Assembly: GCA_010015585.1 (NCBI GenBank) | Contig: ML975187.1 | Length of the DNA stretch: 49,193 nt | Direction: 5' to 3' (one strand) | Source of the DNA: Eremomyces bilateralis CBS 781.70 | Taxonomy: Eukaryota | Shown here: in pieces, positions 21,932-34,814 of the stretch | Numbering within the stretch: position 1 is the first letter of the stretch | Layout of the letters: each line of letters starts with the position of its first letter | Notes under the pieces: generated by a model | Database searches by the model: none | Seen by the model: only the letters and a program-made list of their open reading frames with translations | Told to the model about the DNA's origin: nothing | Position numbers and translations under genes: made by a program

Positions 21932-23704
21932 ATGGCCTCCGCAAGCGAATCGACTCCGCTATTAGACGATGCATCCTCATCTACACCTTCATCTTCTCGA
22001 CATCTTCCAAAACCAGTGCGACAGGTTACCTTCAACCCGACCGTCACCAGCACCTCGCCAAACCGCCACTCCACTCCGCTGAAACCCAGCCTTCCCCTCC
22101 CCTCCTCCCACTCAACCCTCCCATCCCGCAATGGCTCCGCCCCCCTCACCTCCTCCGCCTCCCTCATGTCTGGCCTCAACACCAAACTCCGCCGTCGCCA
22201 CTCCCAAGGCGCCGTCTCCGGCTTCCCTCCGCACCTCTCCAAAATCGGCCCCCAGCGCACCACCAAGACGGTGCAGAAGCTCAAGATCCTTCCGGACCCG
22301 CAGTACGGCGACGAAGGGCCGGACGAGGACAGCGGCCGCGACGTGTACGCGCAGTACACGCGGTTGAAAGATCCGCGGTCGCGGCGGGACGCGGCGCGGT
22401 TGACGAAGGCGGATAAGGAGCGGTTGCCGCGGGCGACGGCGTATTGCGTTGCGGGGAAGTATAAGAGTGATGATGTGCTGAGGTGGTTGAAGAGTAAGGG
22501 GCGAACGAGGGGGACGATGCCGAAGGTGTTTGATGAGTGTATCTATTCGCCGTACTCATATTCATATGGACATTCGATGTCGCGAAGTGGTGGGCAGAGC
22601 GCAAGGACGACGAGGCAGTATCACAGTCATGAGGTGGGTAATCTAAGGGGGTCGATGGACTCGCCGAGATTGGTTCCGCAGCAAGAACGGAGACATTCGG
22701 ATAGTACGGTCGAGATTGATCAACCTCAGATCCGCGAACGTACGGATGAGATGATGGATTACGGCGAGTCAGGCCGCGACTCGGTCAAAGACTACCAAGA
22801 AACCCGACAATACTACGACGACACGTACTCCCCTTCGGAGACCCCCGGCGACCTCGACTTCGACATCGACGTGCCCATACCCGAGGTGTTCATCTTCGAT
22901 TACGGCACGGTGGTCATCTGGGGTATGACGGCGGCTGAGGAGATGCGGTTCCTCAAGGAGCTCTTGAAGTTCGAGGAGGAGAAGATCGATAAGAGCCAGG
23001 CGCAGACGGAGGACTTTAGCTTCTATTATACCCGCGAGTACCAGTCGCGGATCTATAACGATTTCATCAGCCTCTCGGATAAGAAGAATTATATGATTAA
23101 GTTGACGATCAGCCATGCCATGGCGCAGAGCGTAAAGGTTCGCAGTCTCTTTCTGCTCTGCTCTTTTATTCGTCTTATAGGCCATCGGTATCGATCCGAA
23201 GAACTCAAGCTAACCATTCACACAGACCTCCTACTTCGAAAAACTCGTCGACGAAACTATCGACGCCTCCAAAGAACTCCCCAACCAAATCGCTGAAACC
23301 GGCAAAGCGAAGCTCGGCCGCAAACAACTGCAGATGGAAATCGGCAAGCTCTTCCTCCTCCGCATCAACATCCACCTGCAGGGCTCGATCCTCGACGCGC
23401 CGGAGCTGATGTGGAGCGAGCCGGCGCTCGACCCGCTGTACCAAGCGGTACGCGGCTACCTCGAGATGGACCAGCGGGTCGATCTGCTGATGGAGCGGGT
23501 TACGGTCATTGGCGATTTGTTGTCGGTGTTGAAGGATCAGTTGTCGCATTCGTATGAGGAGTTGTTGGAGTGGATTAGTAAGTGGCTGCACGGTGTTGTG
23601 GAAGTATCGGGGCTAATGGCGTCGCAGTTATTATCTTGATCGCGGCGGAAATCATGGTTGCTGCGATCAATATCGTCGTCGATCTGTATGCAGGGGGAGA
23701 CTAG
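21932..23704 (+). CDS. RMD1: RMD1/Sif2-family sporulation protein (DUF155)
   Basis: LPRATAYC, FDECIYSPY, EVFIFDYGTVVIWG, RIYNDFI, ISHAMAQSVK, RGYLEMDQRV, LEWIIIILIAAE; introns 23138-23225 and 23578-23627 with GCTAAC/GCTAAT branch sites. Confidence 0.9.
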
Positions 23705-24412
23705 AGGCTGTGTTTCGTTGGGTAGAAAGCTTGGCTTAGCGCTCTCTGCTCTGCTCTGCCTTTCACAAGAGGCATTTTGGCATAGCGGTGCTCAGGGCTC
23801 ATCTTGGAACCATTGACCTCCACTCGGGGCATGGAGTTGGTCGCGCATTGGGTGTTTGGAGCGCAGGGACGGTTGGAAATGGTTCGGAGGAGTTTAAAAC
23901 CATACCGCGTTCTGGACTTCAATGTATAAATACCCAGAGCGACGAGAAAGCAATCTACTTGTACAAAACCGTTATTCACCCAAACACGTCTGACGTCTGT
24001 CCTCCCGCTGTACTTTTCTAAGACTCAACTCTCTAACTTAGACCTGAACTCCGTAGTTACTTAATCTTATCAATGTTTTCCGTAATTGCATTAAAGTTGG
24101 GGTGTGTGCAGGGGCAACCCCGACTTTCAGCCTAATTGCCCCAGGCACCAACGCCATCTCAGGGTCTAGCATTGCAGCCGCCAATCCCGAGTTATAGGTG
24201 GAACAGGTGGTTTAAACGTAGATGGAATCTATAGTTCCGTACCGTACACATATACTGTCACCACCACCGCTTACAATTAATACCCCTTTACCTGTGTCTT
24301 GGACTACTCGCCGGTACAGAACTGAATCCCAACTTCCATACCCTCGCCCTAAACCCTAGCCCTAAACGCCATGACATCTTTCCCTCCAAACCAACGATTC
24401 AGATGAGCCGGC

Positions 24413-27400
24413 ATGAGTTGGCAGCTGTTGGAACGCTTCATCGAGTCGGATCATTTCAATAACGATCCCTCGCTTTCGGTGGCATATCTCTCGTAAGCAG
24501 ACAGATGATAGCATCACCAATATCAATTCGGTACTGACAGATGTGAAGGCGGTATGCGGACCACGTGGGGATTCACTATGTCCTTTGCTCCAAGCTTCGG
24601 CAGTTCTCCTACGAGGAGATCGAATTCTACCTCCCGCAGCTATGCCACCTGCTTGTCTCCGTCGACAATGAGTCTATGGCCTTGGAAGAGTTCATCACCG
24701 ATCTCTGCGAAGAATCAGTGAACTCCGCTCTCCTAGTACGGTTTCCGCCCCCAATCCCGTTCCTTAATCTGACCTCCCTATAGACATTCTGGCTCTTCCA
24801 AACCTACCTCCATGACCTCTCTGCCAACCCTCAATCCCCCTCTTTCAAATCCGCCCGCCGTATCTACAACAGGGTCCAACGCATCGTCTTCGGCGGCTCC
24901 GACTCCATCCGCCGCGACCGCATCAAAGAAAACATCCTCCCCGTCTCCGTCCTCGCCTCCCTCGTCCTCGCAACCACCGCGGCCCCATTCCTCGCCCACC
25001 ATGCCGGCCCTCTCGCCATCGGCCAGGCCCGAAAACCCCGCCCCGTCGAAGACATGATCGAGGACCCCACGCACGTCCACCAGGCGCCGCAAATCCGACG
25101 AAGCCAAACCGTTTCCGAAGGCCCGTCTCGGCCACGGAAACCAAGGCCACCGCGGGTGGAGGGGCTCAACGACTCGGATCAGCGCAGACCGCGAACGATG
25201 CAGAATGGACCGGTGATGCCCGTGATTTCCTCACCCCGGAAAGTCCGCACTTTCGAAATAGTCCCACGATCGTCATCGGCAATCCTAAGGGACGAGAGTC
25301 GCTCACGGCTGAACTCCCCGTCATTGCCAGATGTGCGTGCTCCAAAAGCGGCACCGATGCCGACGCCGCCAGCAAGCGCGGGGTTGCCGCTGGCAAGGCT
25401 TCGGGAAAATCTGAATAGGCGGCACTCGCATGCGCCGAGGCCGTTGACCCCGTCGTCCATCCCGAGGCCGCAGAGGATCCGGATGCTAAGATCGAACTAT
25501 TTTCGTAGCGAGACGGCGTTTTTAACCGCGTTAGAGGACATTTCGATTCGGTTGGTGGCGGTGCCGAAGCCGGCGCGATTGAGCGCATTGCGAGCGGAGT
25601 TGGCGCTGATTGCTCAGGATCTGCCCGCGGAGGTGGACATTCCGCTGATATGCCCTGCTTCGCTCATCGATGGATCGGCGTCGAAGAGTTTGCATCACCG
25701 AATTGTGCGGATCAATCCCGCGGAGGCGACAAGTTTGAACAGCGCAGAACGAGTGCCGTATCTATTGATGATGGAGGTGTTGAGGGACGATCTCACTTTT
25801 GACCCTGACACGGAGGAGAACAAGTCATTGTTGAATAAGCTGATGGTTGAGAGATCCACAACCCGACGACGGTTGTTCGACACCTCGGACGCTTTAAGAG
25901 AAGTGAGTGTGGAAAGGACATCGGAGCCGAAGGTGGACAGCGTATTCGAGCCCGAAAACGGTGATCTGGGAAGCAGCTCTCTTTTGAGAGACCCCGAGGA
26001 ATCCTCCAGGCCTCGAATCCCTTACCCGACATACGGATATGCCGCACGTAGCCTCATGCCTCGTTCGTCGAGTGGCAACAACACCGCAAACTCGAACACA
26101 GCACACACGACACCGCGTACCTCTTCCTTGGAAAACAGCCGCTCCAGCAGCCCCTTGCCACGACGCATCACCATCTCCGGCTCCCGCAACACCACCGACG
26201 CGGCCGAGGTCTCTGCCCTCGCGACGCACATGCGCACCGCTGCCCAAATGCTCGCCCAACTCAACACTAGCGGCTCCAAGCGCCCCCGCGCCGAAATCGA
26301 AGCCATCCAATCCCGCATCATCGCCAGCATGCAGAACCTCGAAGAGCAGAACTTCAGCGTCTCCGAGCCCGGCAGCAACCCGTCCCCGATCATCGAACGC
26401 ATCATCTCCAACCACGCCCTCGAATCCCCTTCCGACGCCCTCGATTTCGAGGACTCCCCCGACCCCAACAGTGCTTCCGGCGCCGGCGCCGCCCGCATGG
26501 AAAACGACCAGAAAACCGGCGGCCTGCTCCGGAATGGCGACCGCGACGACCCCAGCGCCGCCACCGTCGGTGAAGACTGGGCGTCCAAGCGCGAGCGCAT
26601 CCGCCGCTCTTCACCGTACGGGTGGATGGCGAACTGGGACCTCGTCAGCGTGATCGTGAAGACGGGAGCCGACCTCCGCCAAGAAGCGTTCGCATGCCAG
26701 CTTATCTCCGTGTGCGCGAAGATCTGGGCGGATGCCGGCGTTGATGTGTGGGTGAAGCGGATGCGCATCCTCGTCACGGGCGAGAGTTCGGGACTAATCG
26801 AGACGATCACCAATGGCGTGAGCCTGCACTCGCTGAAGCGGAGCCTCACGCTGGCGAGCATCGCGGCGGGGAAGAACCCGCGGAAGGGGATCGCGACGTT
26901 GCCGGATCACTTCGCGCAGGCGTTCGGGGACGCGGACGGCGAGGCGTACGGCGCGGCGGTGGATGCGTTCAAGCGCAGCCTGGCGGCGTACAGCGTCATT
27001 TCGTACGTCCTCCTCCTCAAAGACCGGCACAATGGCAACATCCTGATCGACAACGCGGGGCACGTGATCCACATTGACTTCGGGTTCATGCTGAGCAACT
27101 CCCCGGGCAACATGGGGTTCGAGACGGCGGCGTTCAAGCTCACGCAAGAGTACGTCGACGTGCTCGGCGGGGTGGGGTCCCCGGCGTTCGAGGATTTCAA
27201 AGCACTTTGCCGCGAGGCGTTCTTGGCGCTGCGGAAGGAGGCGGACCGCATCATCATGCTGGTGGAGATGATGGGGCGGCAGAGCAAGATGCCGTGCTAT
27301 GCGGTAGGCGTGGCACAGGTGGTGGGGACGCTGAAGGCGCGGTTTGCGTTGCATTTAAGCCGGGATGAGGTCGCGGGGTTCGTGGATGATTTGGTGGCGA

Positions 27401-27534
27401 AGAGTAACGGGAATTATTTCACGAGACTGTAAGTTTGTGTTTTTCCCTCCGACAATCTACGATAAGGAACGGTGCTGACGTTGTGGTATGGCAGTTATGA
27501 TACGTTCCAGTATCGGACGCAAGGCATTTACTGA
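24413..27534 (+). CDS. PIK1: Phosphatidylinositol 4-kinase type III beta
   Basis: MSWQLLERF start, EIEFYLPQL, LNSAERVPYLL, VIVKTGADLRQE, KDRHNGN, HIDFGF, YDTFQYRTQGIY*; introns 24493-24548, 24736-24783 and 27429-27494. Confidence 0.95.
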
Positions 27535-27850
27535 AGGCACACCATTTTGTACGCCTCTGAGCTTGATCAGCTCATGAGTGGCAATGCATCTGCTGGCGTT
27601 AGCTTGGGGAGCTTGTTTGGACATTGCATCGCGGAGCAACGTTAACCATTGGAAGTACTTGACATAGTCCTGTATCTGGGCTATTGGAGTCCCATAAGCG
27701 GTTATGGTCATAGATAAGTGCTATTTATCATCGTCACGGAGTTGAAGAACAATCACATTCGGCTCTCAAGCCGCTACAGCTCGTTCCGAATCCAGACATC
27801 TCATCCCTTCCATCGTCACACTACCGTAATTACCGCGCCCGTTCTCGTCA

Positions 27851-28654
27851 CTATAACCTGCTATCCCCACCCGTCTGATACTCCGACACGTACGTCCACA
27901 CCCCCCGATCGACATCCGTCGCCACCCCCATGATCTTCTTCGACCACTCTGTCGACATTACCGTGCGCTCCAGCTCCTCCATCGGCAGATTCGGACTCTC
28001 CCATTCATGGATGGCGAGGAACTTCGGCCCGGTGAACCCGGCGCCAGGAATGAGTTGGTAGCGGGTGGAACGGATGTAGCCGGTGCACTTGGCCAGCAGC
28101 GCGAGATGCTGTCGGAGTGTCAGTGAATGGTGGCTAACTTTGACGGTGAGGGGTATATACCTCCTCGCGATACCAGGCGTCCAGATCTTTCTCGGTCTCC
28201 TCAGGGACATTCGCGACGAACGTCACGATCGCCCGTCCCTTTCCCCTCCCTACTCGAGTCAATCAGCACGTTTCCAAGGACTATCAGATCTACATCCTAT
28301 ACCCGCATCCGCATTCGGCCCTTCATACGACTGCACGTGAATATACCCCCTGATCTCATTCTCCAACACCTCCCGCCAATCGCGGCTGGGGCCCGGCAAC
28401 ATGTCGCTCGTCTTTGGGATCGCGTCCATCTTCGCCGTGTCGCCTAGGAAGGCAACATCGGGCACACGGTATAGCGCGATGTAGGGGAGGGGCTTGGAGG
28501 GGTCGACGTGCTGGTAGCGGACGGCAAGGTCGCCGAGGCCCCCGTCGACGACATCTTGGAGGTGGATGGTGTCGTACCATTTGTTGTAGGTGTCAAGGGT
28601 GAGGTCGGGGTGTTTGGGTTTGGTGAGGGCGACGACGAGGCCGGGGGTAGCCAT
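27851..28654 (-). CDS. Tandem EthD-like dimeric alpha-beta barrel protein
   Basis: Two repeats of the WY..xH motif (YNKWYDTIHL; LDAWYREEHL) followed by RY and ALY/AIHEW; introns 28250-28302 and 28109-28160 restore one frame. Confidence 0.8.
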
Positions 28655-29361
28655 TTTGATAGATTTCAGCGGTGATATAGTACTTGTGTCCTTGGTATGG
28701 GCATTGGGGGAAGATAGAAGTGATCTAGGGATAGAATACTTTCCATGCTCTTTTTTTATATAGTCTCGATGGATGGGCACAATTTGCTTAACAATCAATA
28801 ACTCACATAAGCGCCATGAACCCAGCATCCTTATACCGCCACCTACCACTATTTACTTTTTTCGGTAACCCCACATTCCCAAGTCAAGACCTCGGGACTG
28901 CACTTTAACTCAATACCAGTGACACTACTTGCCGGTGTCATGACTATCTAGTCATACCCAGAGACTGAAGTGTCCCTAGGAGAGATAGCATAAATCAGTC
29001 GTGTTATGCACAGCTTCCGGACGTAAGATTGCCAATAATTCATCAGATACCGGTACCGATACCACAGTGATTGGAGTGTAGCGCGGATCGAGGCTCTCCC
29101 CGGATTTCGATCTCCAGCTCCCCCGCACACTAAATCCCCAACATGGTACTCCGTATAGGTAGGAATTCAGCAATTAGCTGGTTTGAATAGATGTGCGATT
29201 CGATCGAGGTTGAGACAGTGTCATATTGTCAATGGTATGGAGGCAGTAGTCCCTTTTGATATGGGTTATACGTGGGACTGCTGAGAGAGTTGCGGCAGTA
29301 AACTAATTTGATTGCGCCATCAACGTGGACCTGGTTCCGCCCCTCCATCCTAGCAAATGCT

Positions 29362-29560
29362 TGTACTAAGTAAGTTAATTATGTACTTCCTACTAACTAG
29401 TTAGTAGGGCGAGTAAGTTAGTTACTTACCATAACTAACTTAGTTATGATTAAGTTAAGTTAGAGTATGTGCAAGGGGTTAAGAAGCAACGTCCGTGCTC
29501 CGCTACTTCATCTGTTAGACTGTTCACTGTTGGCTGTTGGCTGTTCACTGTTAATCTGTT
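29362..29560. repeat. AT-rich cluster of TAAC/GTTA palindromes followed by CTGTT short repeats
   Basis: Perfect 20-bp palindrome 29389-29408; inverted repeats 29413-29429 and 29430-29448; CTGTTnn repeats 29511-29560. Confidence 0.7.
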
Positions 29561-29690
29561 TCAGGTACCTAAGTTATCCGTAATTTCAACGTCAACACTC
29601 AGCCTCGAGAGCTATTATCTTGCTAATGAACCTCCATCAATTCCTTCGATAATCAATGGACACCCACAGTTACGGCTGCTATAACTCAAT

Positions 29691-31055
29691 ATGAGTGCTT
29701 TCCTCATCGGTAGCAGACGATCCGTGGAGCGTCGCGTCTTATCATTCCGCCAACCTTCGCAATGTCTCCGTCCATATATCCAGCCGCGGCTACGACCTGA
29801 GAGATGCTTTTATCCGCATACACAGCAGTACTACACGAACTCCCCGAGTACCTTCATGCGTACCAAGCTTCATCACACCTATCAACATTTGCAAAGCCGC
29901 CATGGTTCGACACAGAGTCCGACGCCACGAGCAGCCGGCTCGACAGAGCCGCCCCCGGTATACTTTTCTAGGCCTTCGCCAGAGAAACCGAAAAGAGGAA
30001 GACGGGTGTTCTGGGCCATGTTACGATACGGATTTTACATCTCCATGGCTTTGGTCGGGGCGGTGAAAGGATACTTGGTAGTTGAGCCATTCCAGGCATC
30101 GGACTTTCGCCATGGCTGGGAACGGGAGTTGTATGGTTTGCAGGAGACGTACATCAACTTTCACGCTAATCGCAAAGGGTTCAGGCCTCGCGACCCCGTG
30201 TCCAACGATTTGCTATATTTGGAAGACGTCGATGCTTATTATAAGGCCTATGTGGAAAAAAAGCTGAATGAGGACATGCTCCTGCGGTGGCTGACCTGGA
30301 ATAACCTACCCGAGGAGGAGGTTAAACAAAGACATTCGGAGATATCCGCGGAACTGGCGCGAGGCAATGCTCAGAAACAGGCAGGGTTGGTCGAGTTTAT
30401 ACCGGACGAGGAAATGCGACGCCAAGTAAACATTCTGCATAAAGAGCTGAGCAAGCAGCTTACTGCAGAACAATACAGGGCCATACTTGCGGGCCCTCGC
30501 GGCGTTGGCCCATCGCGAATGTTCTCTAGTAAAGGTCCTCAATACGGACTAAGCTACACAAAACTTTTGTTCCTAGGAGATCGAGTGTGTGGATGGCCTG
30601 GAGTTGTGCATGGAGGCGTCATTGCCACACTCGCGCAGGATTTCGCAGCGGTAATCATTCCTGACCATCCCAATATTCCACACTCCTCTGCTCCGAAGAC
30701 GGTGGAAGTGAACTACAAGAAAATTGTACGTGCAGACTCGGCGTACGTCTGCAAAGCCCGACTAGTGGAAGCGCAAATTCAGCCACCACCGATTCGGGAT
30801 CCTCCCAGATGGGTTGTCGAGTTCACCATCGAGACGCTTAGCGGCCAGCTGTGTGCACACGCGCGGGTTACGTATGATAGAGAGAATTTCAAGAAGAGCA
30901 TGCCCATTTGGGCGCGAGTGCAACAGAACGAAATTGCAAAGATTTGTAAAGAAAAGAACCTCGACCGCATCGATATACCGGAACGCTCCGATGATCCGGC
31001 TATGGAGGAACTACCAGTGGCAGTGTGGGACTGGGTGTCAATGCGAACGAGATGA
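29691..31055 (+). CDS. Hotdog-fold (PaaI/THEM4/Fmp10-like) thioesterase-family protein, probably mitochondrial with one TM helix
   Basis: Arg/Ser-rich presequence-like N-terminus, TM segment YGFYISMALVGAVKGYLV, motif LGDRVCGWPGVVHGGVIAT and VEVNYKK; intronless ORF. Confidence 0.8.
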   Translation: MSAFLIGSRRSVERRVLSFRQPSQCLRPYIQPRLRPERCFYPHTQQYYTNSPSTFMRTKLHHTYQHLQSRHGSTQSPTPRAAGSTEPPPVYFSRPSPEKPKRGRRVFWAMLRYGFYISMALVGAVKGYLVVEPFQASDFRHGWERELYGLQETYINFHANRKGFRPRDPVSNDLLYLEDVDAYYKAYVEKKLNEDMLLRWLTWNNLPEEEVKQRHSEISAELARGNAQKQAGLVEFIPDEEMRRQVNILHKELSKQLTAEQYRAILAGPRGVGPSRMFSSKGPQYGLSYTKLLFLGDRVCGWPGVVHGGVIATLAQDFAAVIIPDHPNIPHSSAPKTVEVNYKKIVRADSAYVCKARLVEAQIQPPPIRDPPRWVVEFTIETLSGQLCAHARVTYDRENFKKSMPIWARVQQNEIAKICKEKNLDRIDIPERSDDPAMEELPVAVWDWVSMRTR

Positions 31056-31119
31056 TTATGCTCGTTTGGGGCCTTTTCTAAGTCTTTCACGATTCTATAT
31101 ATGAAACTCCAACACATCC

Positions 31120-33484
31120 TCAACTTTGGAGTACCATGATTCCACCCGGAAGGATCCCTCTATCAGACGGCAGCACCATCTCGAACGCCTCTCGAGATTC
31201 CCAGATCTCTGCAGAGTAATACTCGGCATGCAATTCCTCCTTTGCCAGTTCTGGGTTCTCCATAACCAACTTCTGAAACTCGTCCTTCGAGTTCAACTTC
31301 TTCGACTTCACTTCAATCCACTCATCCTCGTCCATATTCTTCTCCGGATCACTATTCATCCTTTTGGCAACCGCTATCATGACCATGCGCGCCCAGAACG
31401 ACGCCTCGGTCATCCCAACCCCCTGTATTTCATGAAGCTCCCGCACCGCCTCATTGACAACTGTCGATAGCGCCATGGGATCGATGTCATTGACTTCATT
31501 GACAAGGCTCTCAAAGATGAATTTGATCTTATGCGCATGACTCCGATCACTGGCCGTTTGATCAACCTGCGGCAATTGTTCCACCTCATGAAGGAGCATT
31601 CTCGCCCGAAACAACGAGAATGCCCGCTTAGCGACGCTATCCTCGTCAAGAACCTTGTAGGGCACCGCAACCATTTTTTCCGTGTCATCGTCCGTAAGCG
31701 ATGACACTTGCTGCATTGCTCCGAAAGTAATCATCTCATGGAGGCGAGCCCCAGATCCACGCAGGACATCCGGAAGTGGATTCTTATCCGACGTCACAAA
31801 TTCCACCCGAGCGAGCACGGAATTCCACAGTTTCTCGCTATAGTACCTACGCCACAGCGACCCTTTGAAGTGGCCCTCGAAGACTGTGCAAAAGCTGGCG
31901 TAGTCGATATCCTCCAGAGCGACGGAAAGGGTACCGGAGCCATCATGTGGTTTTTCCCCTGTGGTAACGCTGGACTCTCTATGGATCAGGGATCCGAGTG
32001 CGGCATGGACCATTTGCAGCCAGAAATATAGATGAGTGATGGAATATGTCGGCATATTGCTACAGCCCCTTGCTCGAGCTTGGTAAATGGTCGATTGCAG
32101 GGACGGCAGCGCTTCTGTGATCCGCTTCCCTCGAGGTGTGCCGGGGTGCGTGAGGTGGTACTTCATGAAATGGAAGGCGAACTCGATCATATGCTCTTGG
32201 TCCGCATCCCCCCTTTTTTGAGGAATTACCCGAGCGCGTTCCCGTTGCTCGATTGGGAAAGTGATGATCGGTAGGCGCTGCGTGTCAGGCAGGATCCAGG
32301 ATTCTTTGCCGCCAGGGAACCAGGTGATATCCTCTGGATAGTATTTCATCCAATGCGATGTGTCCATCAGTGATGGCCTGAGGAGGAGGACTTGTTGGAA
32401 TTGTCCTGGCCCGGGCATCTCGAGCATGCCGTTTTTGGACTTGTATTCCTGTATTGCAGCATATAGGCAATATAACCAGAACATCGTCAGTGTCCTTTTT
32501 TGAGTTCAGCTTCCCTTGCCGTATGAACGGGTTTACGAGTCTTGCGTACCTGTTAGCAGTGTCCCTGAACCGTTTCGGGTTCTTCTCCTGAAGTCTCTGC
32601 AGATGCTCTAGGAAGTTGTCGGTTGCTTTGTGCACCCTTTCCGTCTGCCGAACGGTTTGCAGCAGGATTAAATATCCCGCTCTCAGATGGGCACGATGGT
32701 CCCATACTTCAAGATCCCCGGAAAGGAATGCCGCCCAAAACCTTTCCGAAGGCTCCTCAATCGCCCCCGCGGCCTTGATGGTCCTGACCAGTTCATCTTC
32801 CAGAAGTGGCTTCGGTGGGCTAGGACCCGTTTCATCTGCCACCGCCAAGCTCCTGTTGTTGTGGTGTATTCCACTCAAGACCTCCTCGAAGACGTCCCAA
32901 ACCCCCTCTCCAGTGTAAGCACTGCAAGCCAGACAACTCACCACCTTCGGTTCCACATCCATATACTCGGTCAACCGATTCTCAAACACCCTTATCAACG
33001 CTCTCAGCTTCTCCGCCCTCTCTTCCTCCTTCAACATATCCACCTTCGTAAACACCACCCACAACCCCTTCGCGCCTGCGCCTCTCATCTGCGCCACATG
33101 ATCCCCTAGCACCTCTAGACTGAACATCAACCGCTCCTCATCCACCGTCACATCATGCAGAAACAGTGCGGACGACTCGCGCTTCACGTAATGGTGCATC
33201 GGGTAACGTAGCCCGTCGCAGCCGCCCAGGTCCCAGACGTTCAGCGTGCGCCGTCGCTTGGAGATGGTGGCTGTTGAGGGGTGCACAGCGTGGTGCAGGG
33301 GCGGGTCGGCCAGTGTGATGTCCTCGACATTGTAGCCGATGGTTTGGATGGTTCGGATGCGGGTATGCGTCTTCCAACGGTACAAGAGGGTGGTTTTGCC
33401 CGATGAGTCGGCGCCAAAGAGGAGGAGACCGGGAGAGGGGTGGGAGGGGAACGGGTTGAGCCAGGGGGGAAGGGTAAGGGGCAT
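31120..33484 (-). CDS. ARF-like small GTPase domain fused to three repeats of an uncharacterised helical domain
   Basis: G1 GADSSGKTT, G2 TIGYNVE, G3 WDLGG, G4 TKVD, G5 CSAYTGEG; intron 32495-32549 (GTACGC..AAG) joins ORF 31120-32484; repeated T/S.FW...F...YYS/P...SD..LP modules. Confidence 0.85.
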
Positions 33485-33982
33485 GCTTCTAGATGTATCT
33501 AACAAGGTCGTGTGAGGTGGAAAATATGGTTTGAGGAACGTAGGACGGATATAAATGCACTGGATTGTATGGACTAGAGATATCTGACGTCCCACGTCGG
33601 GATAGGAGAGACGGCAGCTATGGAGGATGGATGTTTGCTGTCTCAAAATAAGGAATGGAGAATAATTATTGGCATTTGAGGTTGTACATTTGATTTATTT
33701 AATCTTTCCCGAGTTACATCTTGCAATCTGGCATTATTGAGAGAAATCCTGTTGACTTGAAGGCGGTAGCATTTCGAGTCACTGTACTCCAGCTAGCCCC
33801 TGCTTGGTGGCGTGGCGGACGATCGTCAAACTTGCACTGACGAAGGATCAAAGAATGTCATGGTTTTCGAGCCTCGAGGCGAAGCTTACGCACGCAAAAC
33901 ATCCTAGATATCAAACAAAATTCTCTAATATGTCAGTAGTAATACTACCACCATTGCGGAGTGAGGTCTTCAGGCTCCAGAT

Positions 33983-34814
33983 TTATCCTTGTATGTGACA
34001 ACATCCTGGTCGACCGTCCCGTTCTCGTCCACAGCTGCTCTCGATCTCAATCGGATGGGAGTTCATTGGCTGCAGGACGGATTGACTTTGAGGAGCCACC
34101 AGACCTCTCTTTTGCTCGTCAAACTTTCTCTTAAGTGTCACTTGTCGCCACGTCATAAAAGCGACTGCTCCTAGCGCCATAGCTAATCCAACTCCGAGTC
34201 CGACACTCACACCCACTGTAGCAGTGTTGTTGCACTGCGCTGGCGGCCCTCCTCTGTAAGAAGGACAAGTACTGCTATTCGTATCTCCGTTGAGGAGAAG
34301 AATGCCAATGGGTTCGTCCCGAATAAGGAGCGAGGTGTTTTGGCAGCAGCTGTTTGGATCCTCCCAGGCTCTACAGCACCAAACCCCGAGGTCGCATGGC
34401 TGAACAAAGTACGTCTGCGTTGACGTGCCAATATACGGTACAACTGCATCTTCGCCGTTAATAGCGCACTTAATCTAGCTTATGCACCCCAAGGTTCCAT
34501 GTGCTCTTACTGGAATCGCAATAATGCGGGCAATCCGAAGATTCTCCCGTCGGATCAGTACATCCATTTTGATAAATCATACCCGCCTGCCAACCGATGG
34601 TAGCCAGACAGAGCCCACTCGAGAGACAAATGTCTGGGAACTGCTTGTTTGTTCCACAGCATGCGCTGTGTGTTGCTGAAGGCGAGCAAGGCTGAAATTC
34701 ATCATTGTTCCATGGATCACCGCTGATTCGATGGCATTCAGAGTTCACAGATGTAACAAGCAAGAAGATTAAAATTAGCAGGCGGCGAAAGAGGATATGC
34801 GGAAGCTTGACCAT
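33983..34814 (-). CDS. Type I membrane protein: signal peptide, Cys-rich extracellular domain, single GxxxG-rich TM helix, short tail
   Basis: Signal peptide, then C..PC..SACC..DICLSSGLC..GCTD..CPHYC; intron 34450-34510 continues into WCC..SCC..ATVGVSVGLGVGLAMALGAVAFMTWRQ. Confidence 0.8.
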
